DNA of 64,000 nt from Mobula hypostoma (GCF_963921235.1 NC_086097.1:36768001-36832000); one strand, 5' to 3'; counted from the stretch's first letter, positions 50,301 through 61,997 are shown. The notes: generated by a model not told the origin, from the sequence alone. Made by a program: numbers and translations.

Positions 50301-50639
50301 TTGATGGACTATTCCTGTTTGATATTTGGGGGAAATCAAAGAAGGAATGGGATGATGCTTGAGGTTCTTTCCCATGAGAGAAGGGAGCCTCCAAAGTTAC
50401 TCGATGAACAATGTGGAAATGTACGCCCAGAGGCTTTTACTTTGGACCACAGATTCCAACGTATCAGGTGTAAATGGATTAATAGGTGACCAACACATGA
50501 TTTGTGTTATCTACTGGGCTTTTTTTTTAAATCATCTTAAGGTGAAAGACAAGGACTTTTTCCTACATTTTTCCCTTATTCCCTTTTTCATCTCTTCTTG
50601 TAAATGAAATTGTAATATGGAGGGACGAAAAATATCCTG

Positions 50640-51033
50640 CAATACACATCAAAGTTGCTGGTGAACGCAGCAGGCCAGGCAGCATCTCTAGGAAGAGGTA
50701 CAGTCGACGTTTCAGGCCGAGACCCTTCGTCAGGACTAACTGAAGGAAGAGCTAGTAAGAGATTTGAAAGTGAGAGGGGGAGGGGCAGATCCGAAATGAT
50801 AGGAAAAGACAGGAAGCGGAGGGATGGAGCCAAGAGCTGGACAGTGATCTCCCCCTCCCCCTCCCACTTTCAAGTCTCTTACTAGCTCTTCTTTCAGTTA
50901 GTCCTGACGAAGGGTCTCGGCCCGAAACGTCGACCGTACCTCTTCCTAGAGATGCTACCTGGCCTGCTGCGTTCACTAGCAACTTTTATGTGGGTTGCTT
51001 GAAATTCCAGCATCTGCAGATTTCCTTGTGTTT
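50640..51033. mobile_element. Young Penelope terminal repeats in inverted orientation (about 150-bp arms) with hammerhead motifs on both strands
   Basis: About 50639-50791 is complementary to 50846-50998; hammerheads at 50702-50737 (-) and 50900-50935 (+); TSD-like aaatatcctg (50630-50639) / aaatattctg (51039-51048). Confidence 0.9.
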
Positions 51034-52192
51034 ATGAGAAATATTCTGTCTGGATAAAATTGGGGCAGGCTTAGCATACCTGTCTTGGACTTTCCCACCT
51101 CTCTTTTACATGTTTATTACTTCTATTTTTCTTTGTGTCAAAGAAATCTAATCGCTTCTACAATTAAAAACAGAAATTCCTATTCTGCATTACTTAGATT
51201 AATATTTTCAAAGCAATCTATTATTAAGTGTTCAAAGTCAGCTGGCCAGTTGGGGATATGTGCTGATTCTATATTCTTGTCATACTTAAGGGCTTCTGTC
51301 TGTTATTAGGGGACTTGGTTATGCAGCAAGCTGGTGACAGAACACAGAGTGTTCAGAAGCTAACCTGTGCTTACTTTTCCCCCCACACACCAAGTCGTCA
51401 ATCTAGCCTCAGTCATCAAAGGAAGCCAAAGAACACAGTTGGATGCTATCCAAGAGGAATGCAGATCAGAGGAAGGAAAAACAAATCTATAGGATCCCTG
51501 AAGACAATCATGACAAAGATGTTTCTGAACAATGTCAATTAATCAACATTCAAAGGCCAATATTCAAGAGTAACCTGATGGCTTTGTAATGAATATGCAG
51601 TTATGATGTTTGAGTGACGAAAAATGGCAAATTTAATGTTTAAAATGACTTTTTAAAATGTTTGTGTTTGTTTTCAATTAATTCAGGGGAACTAGATGGT
51701 GCTGTTGAGGCCAGGGTTTCTTGTCTATCCCCAATTGCCATGTACCAAGAAGTTTGCACATCCAGGGCTGTGAGGCTGGAGTCACATTTCGGCCAAACCA
51801 GGCATTTTCAGAACCAGATTTCATTCCCTAATGACTATATACTGTACATAGAACAATTTGGCCCACAATATTATGCTGTACCAATTAAATCAGTGACACT
51901 TTGTTCCTTCTGCCTGCACACTGTCTATATTCCCCTGTTCTCTGCATATGAATGTGACTATTTGAGATTCAACTACAATCCAGTAGTTTCATTATAACTA
52001 TTACTGATAATTGTTTTCCCTTCCAGACTTAGTTAATTAAGCACAGAAGCAATTTCAATACCAGCCCAAATCTTTGCTTTGCCATGTCACCTGTGAACAA
52101 TCTCCAAAGTTTACATTAAGTATAGTTACAGTCATATCCTTTTCCAACAGTGTAGAACCTATGGTAGGAGAAAGCCTATGAAACATCACTGT

Positions 52193-52468
52193 GGGTGCTA
52201 TGGTAGCATAGTGGTTAGCTTGACGCTATTACAGCCTGGGGTATCGGAGTTTAAAGTTCAATCCTAGCATCCTCTGTAAGGAGTTTGTACATCCTCCCCA
52301 TGGAATGTATGAAGCTCCTTCAGAAGCTCCCATTTCCTCCCAAAGTCCAAAGACGTAAGCTAATTGATCATTGTAAATTGTCCTGTGATTAGGTTAGGGT
52401 TAAATTGGGGATTGCTTGTGGCGCAGCCTGTTGGGCCTATTCTGCGCTGTATCTCTAAATAAATAAAT
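52193..52468 (+). mobile_element. tRNA-derived V-SINE (HE1-like)
   Basis: Box A-like tagcatagtgg, box B-like agttcaatcc, V-domain ggagtttgtac.tcctcccc..ttcctcccaaagtccaaagac, CR1-like tail and (TAAA)n. Confidence 0.8.
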
Positions 52469-52850
52469 GAACTACAGTACCTACACCCTCTTCCTTTCCC
52501 CCGAAAATTATAGGCATCCTAACAATGGAATATTCAAAAGCCAGAGTCATGTACAAAAAGTGATGGACACATCCCAGTCCAACACAGGCAAAGCCCCTCC
52601 CAACACTGAGTCCATCTACAAAGAGTCCTGCCACAAGGAAGCAGCATCCATCATCAAGGGCCCCCACCATCCACTCCATGCTCTCTTCTCACTGCCACCA
52701 TTGGGGAGGAGGTACATGAGCCTTGGGTCCCGCACTACCAGGTTCAGGAACAGTTATTACCTTCAACCATCAGGCTCCTGAAACAGTGTGGGTAACTTCA
52801 TTCACCTCAATGCTGAACTGATTCCACAACCAATTGACTTACTTTCAAAG

Positions 52851-53000
52851 ACTCTACAATTCATGCTCTCAGTATTATTTATTCATTTATTTATTATTGA
52901 ACTCTACAATTCATGTTCTCAAAATTATTTTTTCATTTATTTATTATTGGACTCTACAATTCATGTTCTCAGTATTATCTATACATTTATTTATTATTTT
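52851..53000. repeat. Tandem repeat, 3 x 50 bp
   Basis: actctacaattcatg... starts at 52851, 52901 and 52951. Confidence 0.95.
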
Positions 53001-53779
53001 TTCTCAGCTCAAGTTAGTAAAAGCTGAGGTATGGGCAAAGCCAAGCACACTTATTTTTCCGTCACTAAGAACTTTCATACTAGTGGTGTTGAGTATTGTG
53101 GCTTTCTGGAGATTTATATAAATATTGCTGTGTAGGCCTAATTTTTTAATGCTATTGTGTAGTGACTTTGGGATGCTAACAGTTGTAGATATTACTTTTG
53201 GGACAATGTATATCCTGTTTATGTTCCAGAGTCTTTCAATTTCCTCTTTTAATTCAGCATATTTCTGGCATTTTTCATTTATTGATTTATGTGTGTTCAG
53301 AATGGCTATATCTATTAAGTAAATTGTTCTTACTTGTTTATCCTGTAACATTATATGGAGATGATTATTATGGATTGTCCTGTCAGTATTAATGGATCAG
53401 TCATAGTATGATTTAAAGGATTCTGACTCTAAGACTGAATCAGGCTTGTAGTTATAGTAAGATGTGGTGTCTTTTATGAGTTTGTATTTTAATCCAAGAT
53501 ATTGGTGAATGATGTTTGCCACTTGATATTACCTGTGTAAGTAATCAGATTGAGTTAAGTTGCTGCAAGATCCTGGAATATGTTGGATTGTTTCTAGTTT
53601 CACTTTGCACTTTCTGCATTTATCATCTTGAATTTATTAAACTTCAATTATGTATTTTTTGATATTTTTGTGTTAACCACCTGATCTTGTATTGCCACAA
53701 GAAACCCTTCTGTTTCTGAGAAGAGGTTTCCAAACTCTGAGCCAGGTGTTCAATGTTCCCTTGTTGATGTCTAGTCCAG

Positions 53780-54245
53780 TGCAGGGGTGCAGCGGTAGCT
53801 GGAGTGCACCCAGCACATCTTTAAGAAAAAAGCTGAAATAAACAAGCTAATTAATTAGGTGCCGCCCAGAAGCCAGCCTTCATTAGAGGAACTGAGGTAG
53901 AGAGGGTCAATAACTTTAAATTCCTTGGCATTAAGGATTGACGATTCTCTTTCTGAAAAGTGTCAGAGGATCTGTCCTGGGACCAGCACGTAACAAAGAA
54001 AACATGGTGGTGACTATACTTTATTAGAAGTTTGTGTAGATTCAACATGTCACTTCAATCCTGACAGTCCTGTCTTTTCAGCCTGTCTGGGCTGGCATTT
54101 AAATTGACCAAACAATGGAACAGCTAAAGGCTCCAGCGCCCTGGAAAGAGAAGTGAACATCGCTTAGAGCAAGTGAAATCGGCAATCGGCTCTGATCTGG
54201 GCTGACATTTACGTGCCGGGCGGCACCTAATTAATTAGCTTTTCT
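53780..54245. mobile_element. MITE-like element with perfect 24-bp inverted repeats, enclosing a Rex1 fragment
   Basis: aagctaattaattaggtgccgccc (53844-53867) versus gggcggcacctaattaattagctt (54218-54241); 53870-54060 encodes a VERV.NFKFLG-like Rex1 piece. Confidence 0.55.
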
Positions 54246-54332
54246 TCTGCAGTGATAATTTCTTATTTTTTTCTGGGGGTGTTGTGTTTTCATTTAAGTT
54301 TAGTGGTGTGTACTTCTTATTAGAATTCCATA

Positions 54333-55887
54333 CGGTGCCTATGAAAAGTATTTACCCACCCACCCCAGAAGTTTTCATGTTTTATTGTTTTACAACATTG
54401 AATCTGAATGGATTTAATTTGTTTTTTTTTGATACTGATCAACAAAAAAGACTTCTTCCTGTCAAAGTGAAACCAAATTTCTACAAATTGCTCTAAATTT
54501 ATTACAACTATTAAACACAAAATAATTGTTTGCATAATTACTCACCCCCCTTCAAGTCAGTATTTAGTGCATGCAGTTTTGGCAGCAGCTACAGCCTTGA
54601 GTCTGTGTGGATAGGTCTCTATCAGCTTTGCACATCCAGACACTGCAATTTTTCCCCATTCTTCTTTACAAATCTGCTCAAACTCTGTCAGATTGCATGG
54701 GGAGCGCGAGTGAACAGCCCTTTTTAAGCCCATTCACAAATTCTCAATTGGATTGAGGTCTGGACTCTGACTTGGCCACTCCAGGTCATTAACTTCGTTG
54801 TTTTTGAGCTATTTATGGGTAGCTTTGGCTTTTATGCTTGGGATCATTGTCTTGCTGGAAAACAAATCTTCTCCCAAGTTGCAGTTGTCTTACAGACAGC
54901 ATTCAGGTTTTCTTCCAGGATTTCCCCGTATCTTGCTGCATTCATTTTACCCACTACCTTCACAAGCCTTCCAGGGCCTGCTGCAGTGAAGCATCCCCAC
55001 AACATGATGCATCACCACCATGCTTTGCGGTAGGGATGGTGTGTTTTTGATGATATGCGGTGGTTGGCTTTTGCCAAATATAGCATTTAGTCTAATGGTC
55101 AAAACGTTCAATTTTGGTTTCACCAGACCACAGAACCTTCTTCCAGCTGACTTCAGAGTCTCCCACATGCCTTTTGGCAATCTCTAGCTGAGATTTCAAG
55201 TGAGTTTTTTTTTCAACAGCGGCTTTCTCTTGGCCACTCTCCTATAAAACTGCGACTGGTGAAGCACCCAGGCAACCGTTGTTGTATGTGCAGTCTCTCC
55301 CATCTCAGCCACTGAAGCTTGTAACTCCTCCAGAGTTGTCATAGGTCTCTTGGTGGCCTCCCTCACTAGTCCCCTCTTGCACGGTCACTCAGTTTTTGAG
55401 GATGGCCTGCTCTAGACAAATTTACAGCTGTGCCATAGTTGTATCCATCTCCTGACTTGTGCTTTTCAATAACTTTTTCGCAGAGTTGCCTGAAGTGTTC
55501 TTTTGCCAGGATACTGACTCACTAGCAGTTGGACCTTCCAGATCCAGAGGTATTTTTACTATAATCAATGGAAACATGTTGACTGCACACAGGTGATCTC
55601 CATTTAACTAATTAAGTGACTTCTTAAAACAGTTGGCTGCACCAGTGATGACTTGGTGTGTCATATTAAAGGAGATCAATACTTAAGCAATCAATTATTT
55701 TGTGTTTTATACTTGTAGTTAATTTAGATTACTCTGTAGAGATTTGTTTTCATCTTAACACTTAAGAGTCTTTTTCTGTTGATCAGTACCAAAAACAGCC
55801 AAATTAAATCTACTGTGATTCAATGTTATAAAACAATAAAACATGAAAACTTCCGGGGGGGGGGGGGAATACTTTTTATAATCATGG
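54333..55887 (-). mobile_element. Tc1 transposon with both long (about 220 bp, IR-DR-type) TIRs and TA target duplication; decayed transposase
   Basis: TA|cggtgcctatgaaaagtatt ... aatactttttataatcatgg|TA; minus-strand WKKVLWSGETKIE, TIPTAKHGG, FQQDNDPKH, WPSQSPDLNPIENL. Confidence 0.93.
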
Positions 55888-57949
55888 TATGTTTGCATGG
55901 AGAGCTGAATTCTGTTTTTGTTGAGAAAGTATATCCTTAGAAGTTTTATCTGACATTTGTGTGAATTTTTTATGTCTGTTATTCCTCTTCCTCCTTCTGT
56001 CCTTGGAAGTGTTGATCTAAGTGAATTTGAGTATACACGATGTTTTCTAAAATTTATCATTTCATTTCTTAGTTTTCTTTATAAACTTTCTAGATTATTT
56101 TCAGACCAAGATATTACGCCAAAAGAATATGTTAAGATGGGCTTATTGCCTCTGTTGTATTTCTCCTATTGAGCTCTGTTTGGCATGTTTTCTTAAGCCT
56201 TGAAGTAAATTCTGTTGAAAATTTTCTCTTTATTGCGCTATGACCTACTGTCTTTGCTTGTTGATATCACAAATAATTATTAATTTCACATTCATCCATC
56301 AGTTGTACTGTATCCTGCCGCTCTTTTTTATATTCTACTGGCTCTATTGCACCTTTCTTTATGTTTAATGTTCTCCACTTGTCTAGACCAAAGATTATGT
56401 TTATATCTTGAGAAAATAGTTCTACTATTAGAATTAATTGCTTCTACTTTACTGATGAAGGAGCACATAATCTCAAATTGTCCATGTATATAAGGTGTGT
56501 CAGGGTATAACTCATTTAGTTGTCTCTGATTTGATATCCTATTTTTATTAGATTCAGTAAATTGGAGAGCAGATTTAAACCAAGACAAAACCAGAGGGGA
56601 GAGTCATCCTGGAAAATGCCTCCGTTTATTTTGATAACAGTGGTTGTTCTCTTTTGATTGTTAATAGATAGGGTGATTATAGTACAACAATGCTTCATTG
56701 GATGTTGTGGAATTTCACAAGTATTGGGTGTAGTTAATATATATCAAGAGTTTTTATGAACCATGAGTGTGGTTAATAAAACAAATGCTTTTTGGTAGTC
56801 AATATACCCACATGAAAAGTTTCTGCTTTTCTGCTGGGCTTGATTTAGAATTACAGAATCTATTATCAGTTGTTCTTTACATCCTTTCATACCCTTACTG
56901 CATCTCTTCTGCTCTTCTGTGAGCATATTGTGGTTCTCTAACTAAGTGAGTATTATTATTATTATTACTTTCTATATGCACAAGTAGTCTTTCTTTGCAT
57001 ATTGGTTGTTTTTAGTCTTTCTATGTAGTTTTCCATTGGTTCTGTTGCCTCTCTTTGTTCTACAAGAAAGAGAATCTCAAGGTAGTACTGTATATGGTGA
57101 CATATATGTACTTTGATAATAAATTTACTTTGAACTTCGGTGTAGACAAACTAGTAGGTTGAAATTCACCTTGCTGGACATCTAACAACACAATAGCACC
57201 ACCAGGTTTTCTACTCCCATCATATTGAAGATAAATTAGACTAAATCTCAGAAAGCCATGTATTTGCTGTGAACGGCAGCAAGGTATCATTTTCTTTTAA
57301 TTTGTCTTTCTAGCGCATTAACCAGTACAAATAAACTTTTGTCAAACAAGTTGAGAAATTATATCTAGTAGAAAATAATTAAGTGACAGGATCACTAGGC
57401 CACAGCTGTGAGTCGATTGGAAGTCTATGAGAGAACATGGTTCATACTTCCATCATTATGCTGTCAGAAGTCATAGATCTCTTTTTTCCAAGCAATAATT
57501 GTTCTCAAAATAAATAAATTAGTTATTAAATCTTATTTCTTTTGCCCCATGAGAAGAATGGTTCTTTGATGGTGCCCTGCTATACTGCTGCCACAAAAGA
57601 ACAAATTTCACATCATATAAGACAGGGATAATAAACCTGATTATGATTCTGTTATTTTTCTCTGGACTCTGTGTGAGGTCACCTTCCATACTCTGAAACA
57701 ATTGTTCTTCCAGTGTTTATCATTTGGAATCAGGGGCTTTGAAGGAAAACTGCTTTATTTGACTCTGTAGCCAATATAGATAAGCAAATGGTTACCCAAA
57801 AACACCATCGCTCTGCCACATTTCATCTCCTTGTTTTGTATTAACTGAAACATAATGTATACAACAGCTTGCATTTATTTACTCACCTCCCCTGACCCCC
57901 TAGAGTAGAAGAATGTCCCAAGGCAGGAACGTAAACAGACAAAAATGAT

Positions 57950-58950
57950 GAACATGAGAGATTCTGCAGATGCTGGACATCCAAAGCAACACATTGAAAA
58001 CTAAGAAGAAAACCTAGATGCTGGAAATCCGAGCAACATGCGCAAAATGATGGAGGAACTCAGCAAAGTCAGGCAGCAACTTTGGAAATGAACAAAGAGT
58101 TGATGCTTTGGGCCTAAACCCTTCTTTAGGACTAGAAAGGAAAGGGGAAGATGCCAGAATAAAAAAGTAGAGGAGGGGATAGGAGGATAGCTAGATGGTG
58201 ATAGGTGAAGCCAGGTGGGTAGGAAAGGTAAAGGGCTGGAAGGAATTTGATAAGAGAGGAGCAGGAAGAGGGGACCCGGGGGAGATGCTAGACTGGTGAG
58301 AAGAGGTAAGTGCCAGAGTGGGGAATAGAAGAAGAGAGGAGGGGGAGAATTTTTTTTTACTGGAAGGAGAAAATGATATTCAGCCATCAGGTTGGAGGCT
58401 ACCCAGACAGAATATAAATGTAAATAGAGGGTCACCTCATCGTGGCACAAGAGGCAGCCATGGACTGACATGTTGGAACAAGAATGGGAATCAGAACTAA
58501 AATGTTTGGCCACCGGTAAGTTCTGCTTTTGACTGAGATAGTGTTCAATGACGTGGTCCCCCAATTTATGATGGATCTCACCAATGTAGAAGAGGCCACA
58601 TTGGGAGCTGTGGACACATTAGACGACCTCAGCAGATCCTCAGGTGAAGAGTTGCCTCACCTGGAAGGACCGTTTGGGCTCTGCATGGAGGTGAGGAGGG
58701 AGGTGAACGGGCAGGTGTAGCACCGGCCACATGCAGGGATAAGTGCCAGGAAGGAGGTTAGTGGAGAGAGATGAATGGACAAGGGAATCATGGAGGGGGC
58801 GATCACTGTGTAAAGTGGAGGGGGGGGTATCTAAAGATATCCTTATGATAGGATCCCTTTGAAGATGGCAGAGACTGTGGGGAATGATATTTTGGACGTG
58901 GAGGCTCATTGGGTGGTAGGTAAGGACAAGAGAAACTCTATCACTGTTAA
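57950..58950 (-). mobile_element. Penelope-like element 3' fragment (GIY-YIG region + terminal repeat)
   Basis: PKRSFQVRQLFT, GDHVIEH..LPVAKHF..SHS; collinear with 10393-11420. Confidence 0.85.
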
Positions 58951-60354
58951 GGCATCAGAAATTACTTTGAGGCCAGGAAAGGAAAAGCAGGAGAGGCGAT
59001 TATGGATGTTTGGTCAGAGAACTAGATATTTTAGAGCTTCCTAAAGAAGGGGAGAGGATGTGTGGGATGAAATTGAAGAAGATGGATGGCCAAAGACACT
59101 GCCAAATATGGTTGTTTCCCAGAAAGGAAGTGAACACAAAGCCAGATCTGGAGGAACTCAGAACTCTCAGAAAAATTGGAGGAAATTTCAGTTAAAGGAA
59201 GGGGTGTGCAAAATTTAAAATTTTCTGTGCCTAATAGGAACAACACATCAAATTTAGCAAAATTAGTTGCAGACTGCAAAAGGGGAATAAAGTACAGCAA
59301 AGGAATAATTCATACAAAATATGGGAAAATGTTAACTGCTTTACACTCATCATGTCAATTACACAAGTCAGATGATCTGGAGAATTCTAACCCATGAAAT
59401 AATGACAGTGCCTTGAATCCTAACTCAGCATTATCTAACTCAAGAACACATGGTCCCAATTTTACTTAGTTAGCAGTAGAAATTTATTTGACTAAATTTG
59501 TAGCTGTTGGCAACGGTTGTTGGTTTTGTGGTTAGTTTTTGGACAGAGATCTGCACCATCTTCACCACATAACAAGGATATAAGGAGGAAATTGTGTTGA
59601 ATCAATCTTTGAAATAGAATCCCGTTCATCATATTTGGCACTGTTTTTAAGGTGCTACTGTTTTGCAGCTGATTCCAAACCAACAATACATGTGCACACA
59701 TACACGTGAAGGGAGTGTCTTGCAGTAGAGCATACTGGTGAGATTGTTAGCAGATACATAACAACCACCCATTCGAGTTATAGACAAAAGGAAAATCATG
59801 ACATCAAGAGCCATGGAACTGTGATGTGATGCCAGGGCCTTTATTTTGGAACTAAGTGCTCCAAATAATACCTTCGCCAAAATATTTTTTCAAGTGACAG
59901 AAACAATGGGCCACAATGCTGGAGTGGAAAGAAAGTACGTGAGAGACAATGGTTCAAACCTCCATAAGATTGTTGCCAAAATCCAAAGCCCTTTCTTTTC
60001 CAAGCAATAACCACTTTCAATATAAAGAAATTAGCTTTCAGAGTTTTCTTTTGCCTCATGAGAAGAATAGTTGGTTCACGCACCCTGTTATTTTTTTCTC
60101 TGGCACCCTGTGTGTTTTATAAAGCAAAGGAAGAGATTACTGGGAACTGATGACAATTGTTTGTATCATCACTAACTGGAAGAGAGGTACTAGAAGACTG
60201 AAAGGTGGCTAATGTTGTTCCCTTTTTCAGGAAGTGCCGTGAGGGTAAGGCAGGAAAGTACAGGACAGTAAGCCCTACGCTAGTAAGAGGGAAACTATTA
60301 GAATATTGTCTTAGTAATAGGATTTATAATCACTTGGAAAGAACAAGGAGTAAT

Positions 60355-61200
60355 TTGAATCAGAATCAAGATTAATATCAATGGTGTATGTTGTTAAATC
60401 TGTTGTTTCACAACAAGTTGGTTATATATAGAAATTAAATGCAAAAAGAGAGGAAAAATACCGAGGCAGTGCTCATGGACTCATTGCCCATTCAGAAATC
60501 TGATGGTGGAGAGGAAGAAGCTGTTCCTGAAATGTTGAGTGTGTGTCTTCAGGCTCCTGTACCTCCTCCTTGATGGTAGCAATGAGAAGAGGGCATGTCC
60601 TGGGTGATGGGAGTCCTTAATAAGGCATCACCTTTTGGGGGTGTCCTGGGTGCGTGGGAGGCTTGCACTGGCAGATTTTCCTAATCCTGTGCTGGGGCCC
60701 CTCCATACTAGATGGTGATGCAACCAGTTAGAATGCTCTCCACAGAACATCTGTAGAAATTTGCAAATGTCTTTGGTGATGTACCAATTCTCCTAAAACT
60801 CATAATGAAATATAGCCGTAGTTGTGCTTTCTTTGTAATTGTGTTGATATTTTGGGGCCAAGATACATCCTCAGAGATACTGAAACCCAGGAACTTGAAA
60901 CTGCTCACCTTTTCCACTGCTGATCCTTCGGTGAGGACTGGTGTGTGTCCCCTCGACTTCCTCTTCCTGAAGCTCACAATCAATTCTCTGCTCTTACTGA
61001 TGTTAAGCGCAAGGTTGTTGGTACAACACCACTCAACCAATTGATTAATCTCAGTTCTGTATGCCCCCTCGTCACCATCTGAAGTTCTGCCAATAGTTGT
61101 GTTGTCAGCAAATTTATAGGTGACATTTGAGCTGTGCCTAGCCACAAGCGTAGAACAGTGGGCTAACCATACATCCTTGAGGTGCGCAAGTGTTGGTTAT
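60355..61200 (-). mobile_element. Rex1/Babar-type LINE 3' fragment
   Basis: YKFADNTTIG..WC.TNNLALNISKS.EL...RK..VEKVSSFKFLG..KKA..RLYF. Confidence 0.88.
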
Positions 61201-61421
61201 CAGCGAGGTGGAGGAGATGTTAGGGAGTGACTGCATGGTTTTTGTACATGGGAAGTACTGACCCACAAACCTAATTGAGTTTTTTTGAGTGAGGAAAATT
61301 GAGGAAGGCACTTATGACTTACATGGACATTAGCAAGGCTTTCAACAAGGTCTCTCATGAAAAGTTGGGTCCAGAAGGTTAGGGCATATGGGATCCAAGG
61401 TGTTTTGGTTAAATGGACCCA

Positions 61422-61997
61422 GGGTGCCGTGCACAATCCTGATTTGATGGAGGTAGACATGAGAGCTTGGAGGAACATCTGGTGAAACTTCTGAAATGCC
61501 TGTTTCGCTGCCGCTGCTACTGTGTGATCCAAAATCTGCAGAGGGGAAGGCCTCAAGTCCTTGTCTTGCTTGTTGCTTGGCGGCTGGGGCAGGGTTGAAG
61601 TGCTCGGCAAAGATGGTGCTCGGTGTTGGAGGCTCAAAGTTTTCGGACGGACTCAGAGTCGGCTGTGGTCGGGTGCTTCCAGGGTGCTGCATCAGCAAGT
61701 TTGCGGCGCTGGAGGTTCATGGCAGGGATAGTTTCTCCCTTCTACCATCTGCGTGAGATGATGAGGCTAACGGGAGTTTGAGACTTTTTTTTACTGTGCC
61801 CATGGTCTGCTCTTTATCAAATTACGGTATTGCTTTGCACTGTTGTAACTATATGTTATAATTATGTGGTTTTTGTTATTTTTAGTCTTGGTCTGTCCTG
61901 TGTTTCTGTGATATCATACTGGAGGAACATTGTATCATTTCTTAATGCATGCATTTCTAAATGACAATAAACGAGGACTGAGTGTCCTCATAATCTA
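61422..61997 (+). mobile_element. Non-autonomous retroposon family A, copy 3 (5'-truncated)
   Basis: Homologous to copies 1 and 2; interrupts CR1 at aaatggacccag|aattgg. Confidence 0.85.

Larger units (their letters stand above)
53003..56948 (-). mobile_element. R4-clade (Dong/Rex6-like) non-LTR retrotransposon, 5'-truncated, with nested insertions
   Basis: TEEQK.C.KG.KGCKEQLIID..YIDYQKAF, GIFQ.DSPLWFCL, LPRTEGGRG, ETEGFLVAIQDQV and RLE-region YLIDIAI..EK.QKY.EL..EI..LW. Confidence 0.88.
52510..57136 (+). mobile_element. Rex1/Babar-type LINE 3' end (52510-52870 and 56968-57136) split by the R4 element
   Basis: IIKGPHHPLHALFSLPPLGRRY..TTRFRNSY; tail aataaatttactttgaact at 57118-57136. Confidence 0.8.

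Noticed and set aside
52193..52270. Possible tRNA gene (also about 2600 and 29415)
   Set aside because: Box A/B heads run into SINE bodies and no cloverleaf is evident.
57845..57890. Minus-strand donor/acceptor pair
   Set aside because: Implied intron of about 42 nt is too short and the donor lies in what looks like an L2/SINE tail.
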